Assembly (NCBI RefSeq): GCF_000746205.1
Contig: NZ_JQKV01000001.1
Span: 143,652 to 167,651, forward strand
DNA length: 24,000 nucleotides
DNA from: Halorubrum sp. BV1
Lineage (GTDB): Archaea; Halobacteriota; Halobacteria; Halobacteriales; Haloferacaceae
Direction: 5' to 3'
The notes under the pieces were generated by a model. That model ran no database searches. It was not told the origin of the DNA and was given only the letters and a program-made list of their open reading frames with translations. Positions 8,511 through 16,788 of this stretch are shown one piece after another (within the stretch, counting starts at the first letter, position 1; the number at the start of each line of letters is the position of its first letter). Position numbers and translations under genes: made by a program.

Positions 8511-9057
8511 TATCGCTGAAGCGCGCGAGGCTTTCTCTTCGGGTCTCCTAACACCATCTGCGGGTCGTTCCGCTCCGAGACGTCGTACTGTTTCTGTCCG
8601 CCCCTCCCGCCGTTGCTTGAGCGCTCGGTACGCTGTCCTAGGACGACTGTCGAGCGGTGTTTCCGTGTCTTCTCTTCGTTCGGCCTCGGCACGAACGGTT
8701 TCGACTTGGTCTGGTGACCATGCCTGATGGAACCCTTGCCACCCGACTCATCGCCGGCGGAATCGGTGTCTTTCAGTCGTTCTTGTCGACGTGACTGTCG
8801 GACCGAGCGTCGTCGAACCCGTCGTCGCCGCGTCTAGTTTCCGGGTCGCTTTCGGACTGCTCGCGGTCCACTGCCGGCGCGGCGGCACTCTGAATAACCG
8901 AACCCTCAGTGGCCGCCGGTATCAACAAAAGTTGAGACCGCGGATCTCAATGCATAGGTAGTCAGTCCAATCCTGTCTCTTTTGGCAGGTGATTTATGAA
9001 TGAGATTCTGTAGAGTACTTGGAGAACGAAACGCCCGAGAACTCAAGCGGAATATAC

Positions 9058-9739
9058 TCACTCCCAGGGTTTGGAGCGGGGCTTTGACGTGACAGATTCG
9101 TCGTCAAGCGCGCGAGTGGGGGCTATAGAGGCGTCCGAGAGTAACTCACAGGTCACGGAATGCCGCGTCAAAATCATCGTCTTCGAACCCGGTAGAGTCA
9201 ACATCTGCCTGTTCTTGGAGTCATCAATTTGTTCCACGAGTCGCCGGTATTCGTCATTCGGCTGGAGGTCTGACTCCGCTATCTCATTTTCAAGGACCGC
9301 CTTCGTCTGAAGCAACCGGTAGAGGTCGTCTACCGTTTCATCATACCGTTCCCGGGTTTGGCATTCGCTCGACCACGTCACGGATCTCGGCTTCCCCAAC
9401 CGGTTTGGTGATGTAGTCATCGAATCCCACCCCGATAACGTCGAAATCAGGTGTCACCGCCGAGACCATCACGACACGCGTTCCCATCTCTTGCTCACGG
9501 ATGCGCTTGAGCACCTCGTCACCAGACAGTCCAGGCATCCGCCGGTCCAAGAGGACAACATCGATCGTAGAATCAAAGATCTCGAGTGCCTCCTCTTCAT
9601 TATATGCGACCTCGACAAGATACTCATCCCGGAGCTATACAGCCATCAGATCGGCGAGGCCCTGATTATCGTCGACAATCAATACCCCTCCTGCGTTGCT
9701 CGATGTATCGTCACTTATCGGATTCCTCCGGGTCTGCAT
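9058..9739 (-). pseudogene. Response regulator (REC + HalX domain) disrupted by an in-frame TAG and a frameshift
   Basis: ATG at 9739 gives MQTRRNPISDDTSSNAGGVLIVDDNQGLADLMAV, then TAG (plus-strand cta at 9635-9637). The same frame continues LRDEYLVEVAYNEEEALEIFDSTIDVVLLDRRMPGLSGDEVL...DDYITKPVGEAEIRDVVERM and stops at 9341. The HalX-like helix pair RERYDETVDDLYRLLQTKAVLENEIAESDLQPNDEYRRLVEQIDD is in a different frame (track ORF 9058-9420), with the switch near 9360-9375. Confidence 0.8.
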
Positions 9740-12700
9740 CCTGCGTGTCGTCGGCTGTCCTCGACGAGGAATGAGGTTCGTCAGTGAACTCGACACCTGT
9801 GAATTCGAATCGCGCCCCGCCCGTACTACCGGAAGAGACAGTTACTTGCCAACCGTGAGCATCGGCGATCTGTTTCACGATATTCAGACCGAGACCCGTG
9901 CCCTGATCAGTCGTGTATCCCGGCTCGAAAAGCTGACCTCGGTCGCCTTCGGGGATGCCAGGGCCGTCGTCTTCGACGTAGAAGCCACGGTCTGAGTCAA
10001 GGTCTCCGATGGTGACAGCCACGTCCTCACCACCATGTTCGACCGCGTTTCGGAAGAGATTTTCTAGCAACTGTTTGAGCCGGGATCGGTCTGCCTGAAG
10101 TACGCTATCAGTCGTTGTGTGGATCTCGCTGTCGGTTGTTTCCACGTTCTGCCAACACTCATCGCTGAGAGCTTCGAGAGTGACTGCTTCGAAGTCCCCG
10201 ATGGCTTGTCCCGTCCGAAAGAGCGTTAATAAATCCTCGATGAGTGTCTCCATCCGCTCGTGCGCATGCTCGATCGCGTCGAGATGCTCGCTCTCACACT
10301 CTTTTTGAGCCTGCTGTCGCTCCCCTCGTGCAACGTTCAGCGGGTTCTGAAGGTCGTGTGACACGATGCTGGCAAAGTCGAACCGCTCGTTCCGGTGTTT
10401 GAGTTCCCGCACGTACTGTTTGCGTTCGGAAATATCGGGGCTGATTCCGATCATTCCGATAATCTCCCCATCCTCGTCACGGTACGGGTATTTGTTATCG
10501 AGGAAGACGTGCTCCTCGCCATCGATGAACCGGACCGTCTCCGCGGACATCTCCTCGCCAGACTCCATAACCTGCTTATCATCGGCACGAATGTCGGCTG
10601 CGCTTTCAGCGTCGAACAGGTCCTCGTCGTGTTTGCCGATAATCTCTTCGGGCGTATAACCGAACAGCTCAGCGCCGCTTTCATTAATGAACTGATAGTA
10701 GCCCTCTCTATCTTTGATATAGATCGCTTCAGACGTGTTCTGCACGATCGCCTCTAGTTGCCGGGTTTTCTCTGCTAATTTTTCTTCACGTTCGATGCGT
10801 TCGGAGATGTCCCGGAAGATGCCGTACGTGACTGGACCGTCCGGAAGCGGGACCGTCTCGACACTGATCTCGACTGGGACGTGGTCCCCGTTGTCGGTAA
10901 CTATATCGATGGGTGATCCATCGGGAAGTCGTCGCCTGGTTCCCCCCGTTTGAACGTGTTCCTCGAAGAGCTGCTGATAGAGGTCAGCCTGCTCGGAGGG
11001 ATGGAGCTCTGATTGATGCGAGCCGGTGATTTTGTCACTCGCCATCCCGAGCAAGGTTTCGGCAGCGTCGTTGACCTCGATAACTTCGCCCGTCTCGCCA
11101 TCGGCAACGAACACTGGATCCGGAGCCGCCCCAAGCAACGTTTCATACCGCTCTTTCAACTTTGAGAGTTCCTGTTCGCGCTCTTTGTGCTCGGAGATAT
11201 CCCGACAGACAATAAGATGCAAACCTGGGACGATATCATGTGTCACCGTCCACTCGACGATTCGTTCTGAACCATCCGGCCGAACCAACGTTGCAGTCTC
11301 GCGTTGCAGTCCGGAATCTCGATCATCTCTCGGAATATCACGGAACTCAAAACAATCAGTGGTAAATTCGTCGAACGATCGACCTACTACCTTTTCTTTT
11401 GGAAGACCAAAGAGGTTGGCGGTACTTTCATTCGCCCGGAGGGTCTGCCCCTCGTCGTCGACAATCATCAGCGTATCGGCTGTTTCCTCGAAGATACGCT
11501 GGAAGAGGTCTCCAGACTGCTGTCTGATCGGCACTATCTCGTTGGTATCGTCGCTCTCCGTCCCCTCTATGGACTGCGGGAGCGTTATTGTGATCGTCGT
11601 ACCTTCGTCGGAAACAGACGTTTCGATGTCTCCGCCGTGGCCCGTGACGACCCAATAGACCATCCAGAGACCGAGGCCTTCGCCGTGGATCAGCGGCTCT
11701 TCAGTTCCAGTTTCGAGTACCCGATATTCCTGTTCGGGGAGCCCTGGGCCATCGTCGGATATCTCTAATGTGATCGTTCCATGGTCGACTTCAGCGGAGA
11801 CGGTCACCCTGGGGGCGTCTGGGTGCTTGCACGCGTTTTCGATCAACTCGTGGAGCGCCGCTTTGAGGTTCTGATATCCCGATATTGGCACCTCATCTGG
11901 TCCAGTGACTTCTATCGAGGCTGCAGGATACTCGCCTTCGATATCCGCACTCACCTGACGGATCAACGTCATTACGTCGAACGATTGGCGTTCGACATTT
12001 TCCCCCAGGAAGACATCGAGTTCCGTCGCTTTCTCGGCGAGGGATACAATTCTGTCCATGGCGGAGATGACCTCACTTCCATCGATCGAATCGTCGTCGA
12101 GTTGGTCGACTATCATGTCCGTGTAGCCACGGATAACGTTGAACTCGTTGCGAATATTGTGTCGGAAGACTCTCAGCAGGACGGTGTTGAGCTGCTGTTG
12201 ACGGACGAGATTCTGTTCTCGTTTCTTTTGGTCGGTAATGTCGATGACGCCACCTCTGTAGCCCTTGATGGCTCCCTCGTCATCGGTGAGGGCGGTCACG
12301 CTGTCGGACACCCATCGAATCTCTCCATCAGCAGTTCGGACGCGATATTCGAACTGATCGAGTTCGCCGACCGACGTGAGGGTTTCAGAATACGTCGCAT
12401 ACGTGTCTGGATCCACAAATACCTCGTCTTCGATACTGTCTACCGCCGCGCACAGCTCCTCGCCACTCTCGTAGCCGAGCAGATCTGCAAACGCCGGATT
12501 CGCCATGGCATACTCGTCGAGTGTGGCAGTCGTCGTGTAGATGCCTTCGATTGCATTTTCAAAGAGCTGCTGATACTGTTCTTCCAGTTCCGAGGCGAGT
12601 TCCAGCGTGCCCCGGGTGGTTTTTTCCAGTTCTTCTTGCAGGGCTTCCTTTTCCTCAGTCCGTTGTTCCAATTGCATGGCTTCGATTTCGCGGCCGAGGA

Positions 12701-13181
12701 GGCGTGCAACCAGTTCGATGAACAGCTTCTCCTCGGTAGTAAATCCCTCCTCCCGAGGCGTTCGTTGGATAAAACAGACAGTCCCGTAGACCTCTCCACG
12801 CACGAACATCGTGGTTCCGAGATAACAATCGATGTCGTGTTCCTTGTAGGCCGGATCGTTTTGCCATCCCTGCTCTGGGGCATTCGAAATCGCAACGGGC
12901 GAGGGCTCCTGAACCGTATGGCGACAGTAGGTTTTGTCGCGGTCGAGCCTGGTTCCTTCCGGGAGCAGATCGGAATCATTGCCGACGCTGACAAGTATCT
13001 CGTCAGTTGTACTATCGTTGGGATGGCGCTGGATGTGGCCATTTGTGACTCCGAGATACTCTCTGCCTATTGCGAGGACGTGCCGTTGTTTCTCCTCTAA
13101 CGCCAATTCGTCATCATCCATCACCTCGTAGATCCGCTGGGTTGGTGGCGTTTTGTCCGCCGAGCCATTCTTAGTAGTCAT
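9711..13181 (-). CDS. Multi-domain sensor histidine kinase with two complete kinase cores: GAF, coiled coil, PAS, HK core 1, three PAS domains, HK core 2
   Basis: Core 1 has H-box FRHNIRNEFNVIRGY (His341), then HELIENACKH, SDDGPGLP and GEGLGLWMV. Core 2 has H-box IVSHDLQNPLNVARG (His942), then LFRNAVEHGG, EDDGPGIP and GTGLGLNIV. The N-terminal GAF reads DCYLGTTMFVRGEVYGTVCF. The PAS modules end in DISEHKERE, DISERIERE and DISERKQY linkers. Confidence 0.92.
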   Translation of the reverse strand: MTTKNGSADKTPPTQRIYEVMDDDELALEEKQRHVLAIGREYLGVTNGHIQRHPNDSTTDEILVSVGNDSDLLPEGTRLDRDKTYCRHTVQEPSPVAISNAPEQGWQNDPAYKEHDIDCYLGTTMFVRGEVYGTVCFIQRTPREEGFTTEEKLFIELVARLLGREIEAMQLEQRTEEKEALQEELEKTTRGTLELASELEEQYQQLFENAIEGIYTTTATLDEYAMANPAFADLLGYESGEELCAAVDSIEDEVFVDPDTYATYSETLTSVGELDQFEYRVRTADGEIRWVSDSVTALTDDEGAIKGYRGGVIDITDQKKREQNLVRQQQLNTVLLRVFRHNIRNEFNVIRGYTDMIVDQLDDDSIDGSEVISAMDRIVSLAEKATELDVFLGENVERQSFDVMTLIRQVSADIEGEYPAASIEVTGPDEVPISGYQNLKAALHELIENACKHPDAPRVTVSAEVDHGTITLEISDDGPGLPEQEYRVLETGTEEPLIHGEGLGLWMVYWVVTGHGGDIETSVSDEGTTITITLPQSIEGTESDDTNEIVPIRQQSGDLFQRIFEETADTLMIVDDEGQTLRANESTANLFGLPKEKVVGRSFDEFTTDCFEFRDIPRDDRDSGLQRETATLVRPDGSERIVEWTVTHDIVPGLHLIVCRDISEHKEREQELSKLKERYETLLGAAPDPVFVADGETGEVIEVNDAAETLLGMASDKITGSHQSELHPSEQADLYQQLFEEHVQTGGTRRRLPDGSPIDIVTDNGDHVPVEISVETVPLPDGPVTYGIFRDISERIEREEKLAEKTRQLEAIVQNTSEAIYIKDREGYYQFINESGAELFGYTPEEIIGKHDEDLFDAESAADIRADDKQVMESGEEMSAETVRFIDGEEHVFLDNKYPYRDEDGEIIGMIGISPDISERKQYVRELKHRNERFDFASIVSHDLQNPLNVARGERQQAQKECESEHLDAIEHAHERMETLIEDLLTLFRTGQAIGDFEAVTLEALSDECWQNVETTDSEIHTTTDSVLQADRSRLKQLLENLFRNAVEHGGEDVAVTIGDLDSDRGFYVEDDGPGIPEGDRGQLFEPGYTTDQGTGLGLNIVKQIADAHGWQVTVSSGSTGGARFEFTGVEFTDEPHSSSRTADDTQDADPEESDK
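12222..12632 (-). repeat. Coiled-coil plus PAS cassette, copy A (paralogous to 14409-14819)
   Basis: Residues 184-320 of the large kinase, ELEKTTRGTLELASELEEQYQQLFENAIEGIYTTT...FEYRVRTADGEIRWVSDSVTAL...GGVIDITDQKK, align without gaps to the second kinase. About three quarters of positions are identical by my eye count. Confidence 0.8.
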
Positions 13182-13208
13182 CGGTTCAGGTCTCCCAGTA
13201 TGGTTTCG

Positions 13209-14969
13209 TCACCCATTATCCTCAGTGATAAGCAGGGGTGTGCCCCCACTGCCCGTGATTTCGAACCGTGCTCCACCGTCAGCTCCGTCCGTCACGTCAA
13301 TCTCCCACTGATGGGCTTCGACGATCCGCTTGACGATCGCCAGTCCGAATCCTGTTCCGCTCGAATTCGTTGTATATCCCTGCTCAAAGATGTCGTTCCG
13401 CGCCTCCGGCGGGATACCCGGTCCAGTGTCTTCGACGTAAAAGCCATCGTCCAACCGACCGACCGTGACGGTAACCGACTCACCACTGTGTTCGATGGCG
13501 TTCCGGAACAGATTTTCAAAGACTTCGACCAGCCGGCTTCGATCCGCTTCGAGGTGCCCGAGTGATTCAGTCCGGAGGGTGGCATTGGCTCTTGAAATTG
13601 AGTTCCACGCGTCGCGAGCGGTCTCTTCGAGGCGAATTGATTCGGTTTCCCCGACTGCCTTCCCTTGCCGTGAGAGTTCGAGAACATCCTCGATGATGGC
13701 TTCGATCCTATCAAGGGCTGTTTTTGCCGGGTCGAGATTGGTACTGTCACATTCCGCCTCTGCGAGGGCCACGCGTCCGTTTGCCACGTTCAGTGGATTC
13801 CGTATGTCATGAGAGATAATACTCGCAAACTCATCAAGACGGTCGCGTTCCCGGCGGAGCGTCGTTTCAGCCCGAATTTGGTAGAGGGCAGACGTCACAT
13901 GGTTGGCAAGCAAGTTGAGGAGTTCCTCATCATGGTCGTCGAATGCGTCTGGTTCGGTCGCAAACACCTGAATCAGACCTACGTCGTCAAGTGAGACGCC
14001 TAACAGTGCACGAAGATCCTTGCGTGCGTCCTCCCTCAGTCCCGGGGTTGCAGTTTTGGGGGAGTTGGATGAGTTATCTACGTTTACATCTAGTGGTGCC
14101 GTTCCTCGCATCTCGGTTACGTCATCCACGCGAAGAACCTCGTCAGATCGATAGGTTCGCCCGGCAAATCCAGTGTCAACTGGGACCGGATTGTACTGCT
14201 CCAGCGATTCATCACGCGAACTAGCGGTCGGGACAAGGTGATCGACTTCCGCAACGGCAAGATACACACTGGCACCGGGAAAGAGGGCGGCAGCACCGTC
14301 GACTGCACGCTGGTAAATTGCTGCTTCTGTGTCGGCATCAGCGATGTCAGTTGCAATCTCGTGAAGCTGAGTGACCTTGGACATGTGCTCCCGCAGTCGG
14401 TCTATCGCCTCTTTCCGCTCCGTGATGTCGATGACTCCACCTCTGAACCCGCTCATATCCTCCTGACTATCGGAGAGGGCGGTCACGTTATCCGAGACCC
14501 ACCGTATCTCGCCATCAACTGTTTTAACTCGATATTCGAACCGCTCAATCTCGCCCATAGACGATAGTAGCTCTGAACACGTTTCGTATCGGTCGGCGTC
14601 CACAAAGACGTCCTCCGCAATACTATCCACTGCCTCACAGAGTTTTTCACCGCTCTCGTAGCCGAGCAGGTCTGCAAACGCGGGGTTCGCCATGACATAC
14701 TCGTCAAGTGTGTCGGTGGTCGTGTAGATACCCTCTGCCGCCGTCTCGAAGAGCTGTTGGTACTGCTCTTCAAGCTCTGAGGCGAGTTGCAGCGTGCCTT
14801 GCGTCGTTTTCTCCAGTTCCGTGTGCAAGACCTCGTTTTCCTCGCGTAATCGTTCGTTTTCTGTCTGGAGTTCCCGCACTCGGTGGTTGATCGACTCCAG
14901 TGTGGGTTCTACCTCTGGGTCGGCACATGCTTTCGCGTTCTCCAAGAGTTGCTCGATCTGGTCAGTCAT
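13209..14969 (-). CDS. Sensor histidine kinase (coiled coil, PAS, GAF, HisKA, HATPase)
   Basis: The ATG at 14969 (MTDQIEQLL) overlaps the upstream stop by 8 nt (ATGACTGA); ATG at 15002 is an alternative. H-box IISHDIRNPLNVANG, then LFRNAIEHSG, EDTGPGIP and GTGFGLAIV. GAF segment LGVSLDDVGLIQVFATEPDAFDDHDEELL. Confidence 0.9.
   Translation of the reverse strand: MTDQIEQLLENAKACADPEVEPTLESINHRVRELQTENERLREENEVLHTELEKTTQGTLQLASELEEQYQQLFETAAEGIYTTTDTLDEYVMANPAFADLLGYESGEKLCEAVDSIAEDVFVDADRYETCSELLSSMGEIERFEYRVKTVDGEIRWVSDNVTALSDSQEDMSGFRGGVIDITERKEAIDRLREHMSKVTQLHEIATDIADADTEAAIYQRAVDGAAALFPGASVYLAVAEVDHLVPTASSRDESLEQYNPVPVDTGFAGRTYRSDEVLRVDDVTEMRGTAPLDVNVDNSSNSPKTATPGLREDARKDLRALLGVSLDDVGLIQVFATEPDAFDDHDEELLNLLANHVTSALYQIRAETTLRRERDRLDEFASIISHDIRNPLNVANGRVALAEAECDSTNLDPAKTALDRIEAIIEDVLELSRQGKAVGETESIRLEETARDAWNSISRANATLRTESLGHLEADRSRLVEVFENLFRNAIEHSGESVTVTVGRLDDGFYVEDTGPGIPPEARNDIFEQGYTTNSSGTGFGLAIVKRIVEAHQWEIDVTDGADGGARFEITGSGGTPLLITEDNG
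14409..14819 (-). repeat. Coiled-coil plus PAS cassette, copy B (paralogous to 12222-12632)
   Basis: Residues 62-198 of the second kinase: ELEKTTQGTLQLASELEEQYQQLFETAAEGIYTTT...FEYRVKTVDGEIRWVSDNVTAL...GGVIDITERKE. The similarity is also visible at DNA level (for example gcgagttccagcgtgcc versus gcgagttgcagcgtgcc). Confidence 0.8.
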
Positions 14970-15999
14970 TGGTATCGGTGACGACGAGTGCAGTAGCGTC
15001 ATCCTCCGATTTGCCGTACTGTTTGAGCAACCGGTTCGCTATCGCGCCAGCTGGGTCGTCCCCTCCATCTCGTATGTCGTCCCAGTCCCATCTCGTCGAA
15101 ATACCATCAGAATACAACACCATCGTGAATCCTGGATCCCACTCTCGGGTGACGACAGATGCTCCTGGATTATTGCCCCCCACGACGCCCCGTCGGACGA
15201 TCAGCCCCGTCCATTCCGGGCCAGACAACTTCACATTGATATTTCCTATGTTGGCAAAGGTGAGCGTATGCTCCCTCCAGTCGAACTTCGCGAGTGCCAT
15301 CACGACGCCGCGTGTCCCCTTGCACGCGCGGTCAGCTCCGCGAAAGATTGACGCAAGCGGCCGCTCGACGTGTGACTCGACGTAGCTACGAGCTGTGGTC
15401 GCTGCTTTGTGCGCCCGGGATCCATGCCCGAGGCCGTCGATAACGCCCACCAGCGTCTTGTCATTCCACGTCTTGGCGATGAAGGCGTCACCGTTGACCT
15501 GCTCGGTGGAGATGGCCCGTGATGCAGCCCCAATTGAGGCGGGATTCGGCTTCGTTGTCTCATATTCCGGGATTAGCCACCGATCTGCGACCAGTCGCGT
15601 TCCAGCCTCGGGGCCTTCCGGGGTCGTGACCTCGAGTTCGTCCATCGTTTGATTCACGATGGAGAGGCCGAGCCCGAGCGAGCCAGCGGTCGAAGATCCC
15701 GTCGTGAATGCCGCTTCAATATCTTGGATCCCGGGGCCGGAATCTTCTGATTCAAGCCGAATTCCCGTCTGTGAATCTGCCGCAATTGTTTTGATCGAAA
15801 GTGTTCCGCCCCCGGCGTGTTTATCTAGGTTCGTCGCCAGTTCCGTCGCAACGAGTCCGAGTTCAGAGCTGATATCGTCCTCAAACCCTATCTCGGCTGC
15901 CGTCTGTTCTACCGTATGTTGTGCCCTGGTGGCATCAGCTGACTCGGAAATATCGATGTCGGTTTCAGTAGTAACAACGAGGTCGTCCGGTCTGCTCAT
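14962..15999 (-). CDS. Fusion protein: N-terminal RsbT/RsbW-like HATPase domain plus C-terminal RsbX-like PP2C (SpoIIE-family) phosphatase
   Basis: Start moved to the ATG at 15999 (MSRPDDLVVTTETDIDIS). The first 110 codons of the track ORF are basic and overlap the rsbT-like gene. HATPase motifs LVATELATNLDKHAGGG, SEDSGPGI and GSLGLGLSIV. PP2C part GDAFIAKTWNDKTLVGVIDGLGHGSRAHKAA, RGVVMALAKFDWREHTLTFANIGN, MVLYSDGIS and DDATALVV aligns by eye with B. subtilis RsbX. Confidence 0.88.
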   Translation of the reverse strand: MSRPDDLVVTTETDIDISESADATRAQHTVEQTAAEIGFEDDISSELGLVATELATNLDKHAGGGTLSIKTIAADSQTGIRLESEDSGPGIQDIEAAFTTGSSTAGSLGLGLSIVNQTMDELEVTTPEGPEAGTRLVADRWLIPEYETTKPNPASIGAASRAISTEQVNGDAFIAKTWNDKTLVGVIDGLGHGSRAHKAATTARSYVESHVERPLASIFRGADRACKGTRGVVMALAKFDWREHTLTFANIGNINVKLSGPEWTGLIVRRGVVGGNNPGASVVTREWDPGFTMVLYSDGISTRWDWDDIRDGGDDPAGAIANRLLKQYGKSEDDATALVVTDTND

Positions 16000-16018
16000 C
16001 GTGATCGGCTCCGTCCTG

Positions 16019-16423
16019 TCATGAGTGCCACTTTGTGATCGTGATTGTCGTGCCCTCTCCTTGTTCCGTGTCGATCTCCATGTCGTCCATGAGCGTCTGT
16101 GTTCCGGACAGCCCACGGCCCAACCCATCCGACGTCGAAAATTCCCCCTCAAGCGCTGCGTCGGGATCGTCGATGCCTGGCCCCTGATCCTCGAAGATGA
16201 CCGTGAGACCGGTTCGATCGTCGTCGGTGATATGCTTCCATTCCATCGTTCCCTCACCGGCGTAAAGGTGGATGTTCCGGGCGAGTTCCGAGACAGCCGT
16301 GACGATCCGCGTGATATCCGTGGTGTCAAACCCGACTTGCTCAGCGGCGTCTCGGGCTTGTTGACGGGTCTGGAGCACGTCAGTTTCGGACTGGATCTCT
16401 ACTCGACCGGAGCCCTCGCTCAT
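16019..16423 (-). CDS. RsbT-like serine kinase (stressosome switch kinase homologue)
   Basis: The ATG at 16423 forms an ATGA overlap with the upstream stop; the track start at 16435 is a TTG. ITRIVTAVSELARNIHLYAGEG, FEDQGPGIDD, FSTSDGLGRGLSGTQTLMDDMEI and GEGTTITITKW align closely by eye with B. subtilis RsbT. Confidence 0.88.
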   Translation of the reverse strand: MSEGSGRVEIQSETDVLQTRQQARDAAEQVGFDTTDITRIVTAVSELARNIHLYAGEGTMEWKHITDDDRTGLTVIFEDQGPGIDDPDAALEGEFSTSDGLGRGLSGTQTLMDDMEIDTEQGEGTTITITKWHS

Positions 16424-16788
16424 GAGGGATCCCAACTTACTCCCAACATTTCGAGTGCATGATCGGTCGACCGGGCAGTCTCAACTGCATCCAACCGGTA
16501 TCCGAGTTCTGCAGCGGTCACAGCGACTTCCGGGCGGATCCCGGCAATCACTGTCGTCCCGCCCATGAGTTCGATCATCTGAGCCGTCTCCGAGATATGC
16601 CGGGCGAAAAACGAATCCATCAGTTGCACGTTGGACACGTCGAGGATGACGCCCTCAGGCTGGCTGGTTTCCATTTCTGCCAAGATCGCCTCTTGTAACT
16701 CGTCGACCACCGGGTCAGTCGGGTTGTTGGGAAACGTCCCCAACAGGATATCGTAGATTCGAACGACATTCGCGCTACCAGCCGACAT
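16420..16788 (-). CDS. RsbS-like single-STAS-domain protein
   Basis: The ATG at 16788 forms an ATGA overlap with the upstream stop. GVILDVSNVQLMDSFFARHI (Ser aligned to RsbS Ser59) and LMGGTTVIAGIRPEVAVTAAELG match the RsbS pattern VVIDLTSVDMIDSFIAKVL / [23 protein letters not shown]. Confidence 0.88.
   Translation of the reverse strand: MSAGSANVVRIYDILLGTFPNNPTDPVVDELQEAILAEMETSQPEGVILDVSNVQLMDSFFARHISETAQMIELMGGTTVIAGIRPEVAVTAAELGYRLDAVETARSTDHALEMLGVSWDPS

Noticed and set aside
9635-9637. In-frame TAG in the response regulator as a recoding event (pyrrolysine or programmed read-through)
   Set aside because: No Pyl machinery or recoding signal is visible in the window, and haloarchaea are not known Pyl users. 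The same gene also has an independent frameshift, which fits decay or sequencing error better.
11781-13100. 439-aa plus-strand ORF and other plus-strand ORFs within 9.7-15.4 kb
   Set aside because: They are antisense to the two histidine-kinase genes, whose minus-strand frames contain full PAS/GAF/H-box/ATPase motif sets. The plus-frame products lack motifs.
16000-16329. 110-codon N-terminal extension of the HATPase-PP2C ORF (track ORF 14962-16329)
   Set aside because: It overlaps the RsbT-like gene in another frame and is very basic and Ser/Arg-rich. The ATG at 15999, 19 nt after the RsbT-like stop, gives a normal acidic N-terminus.
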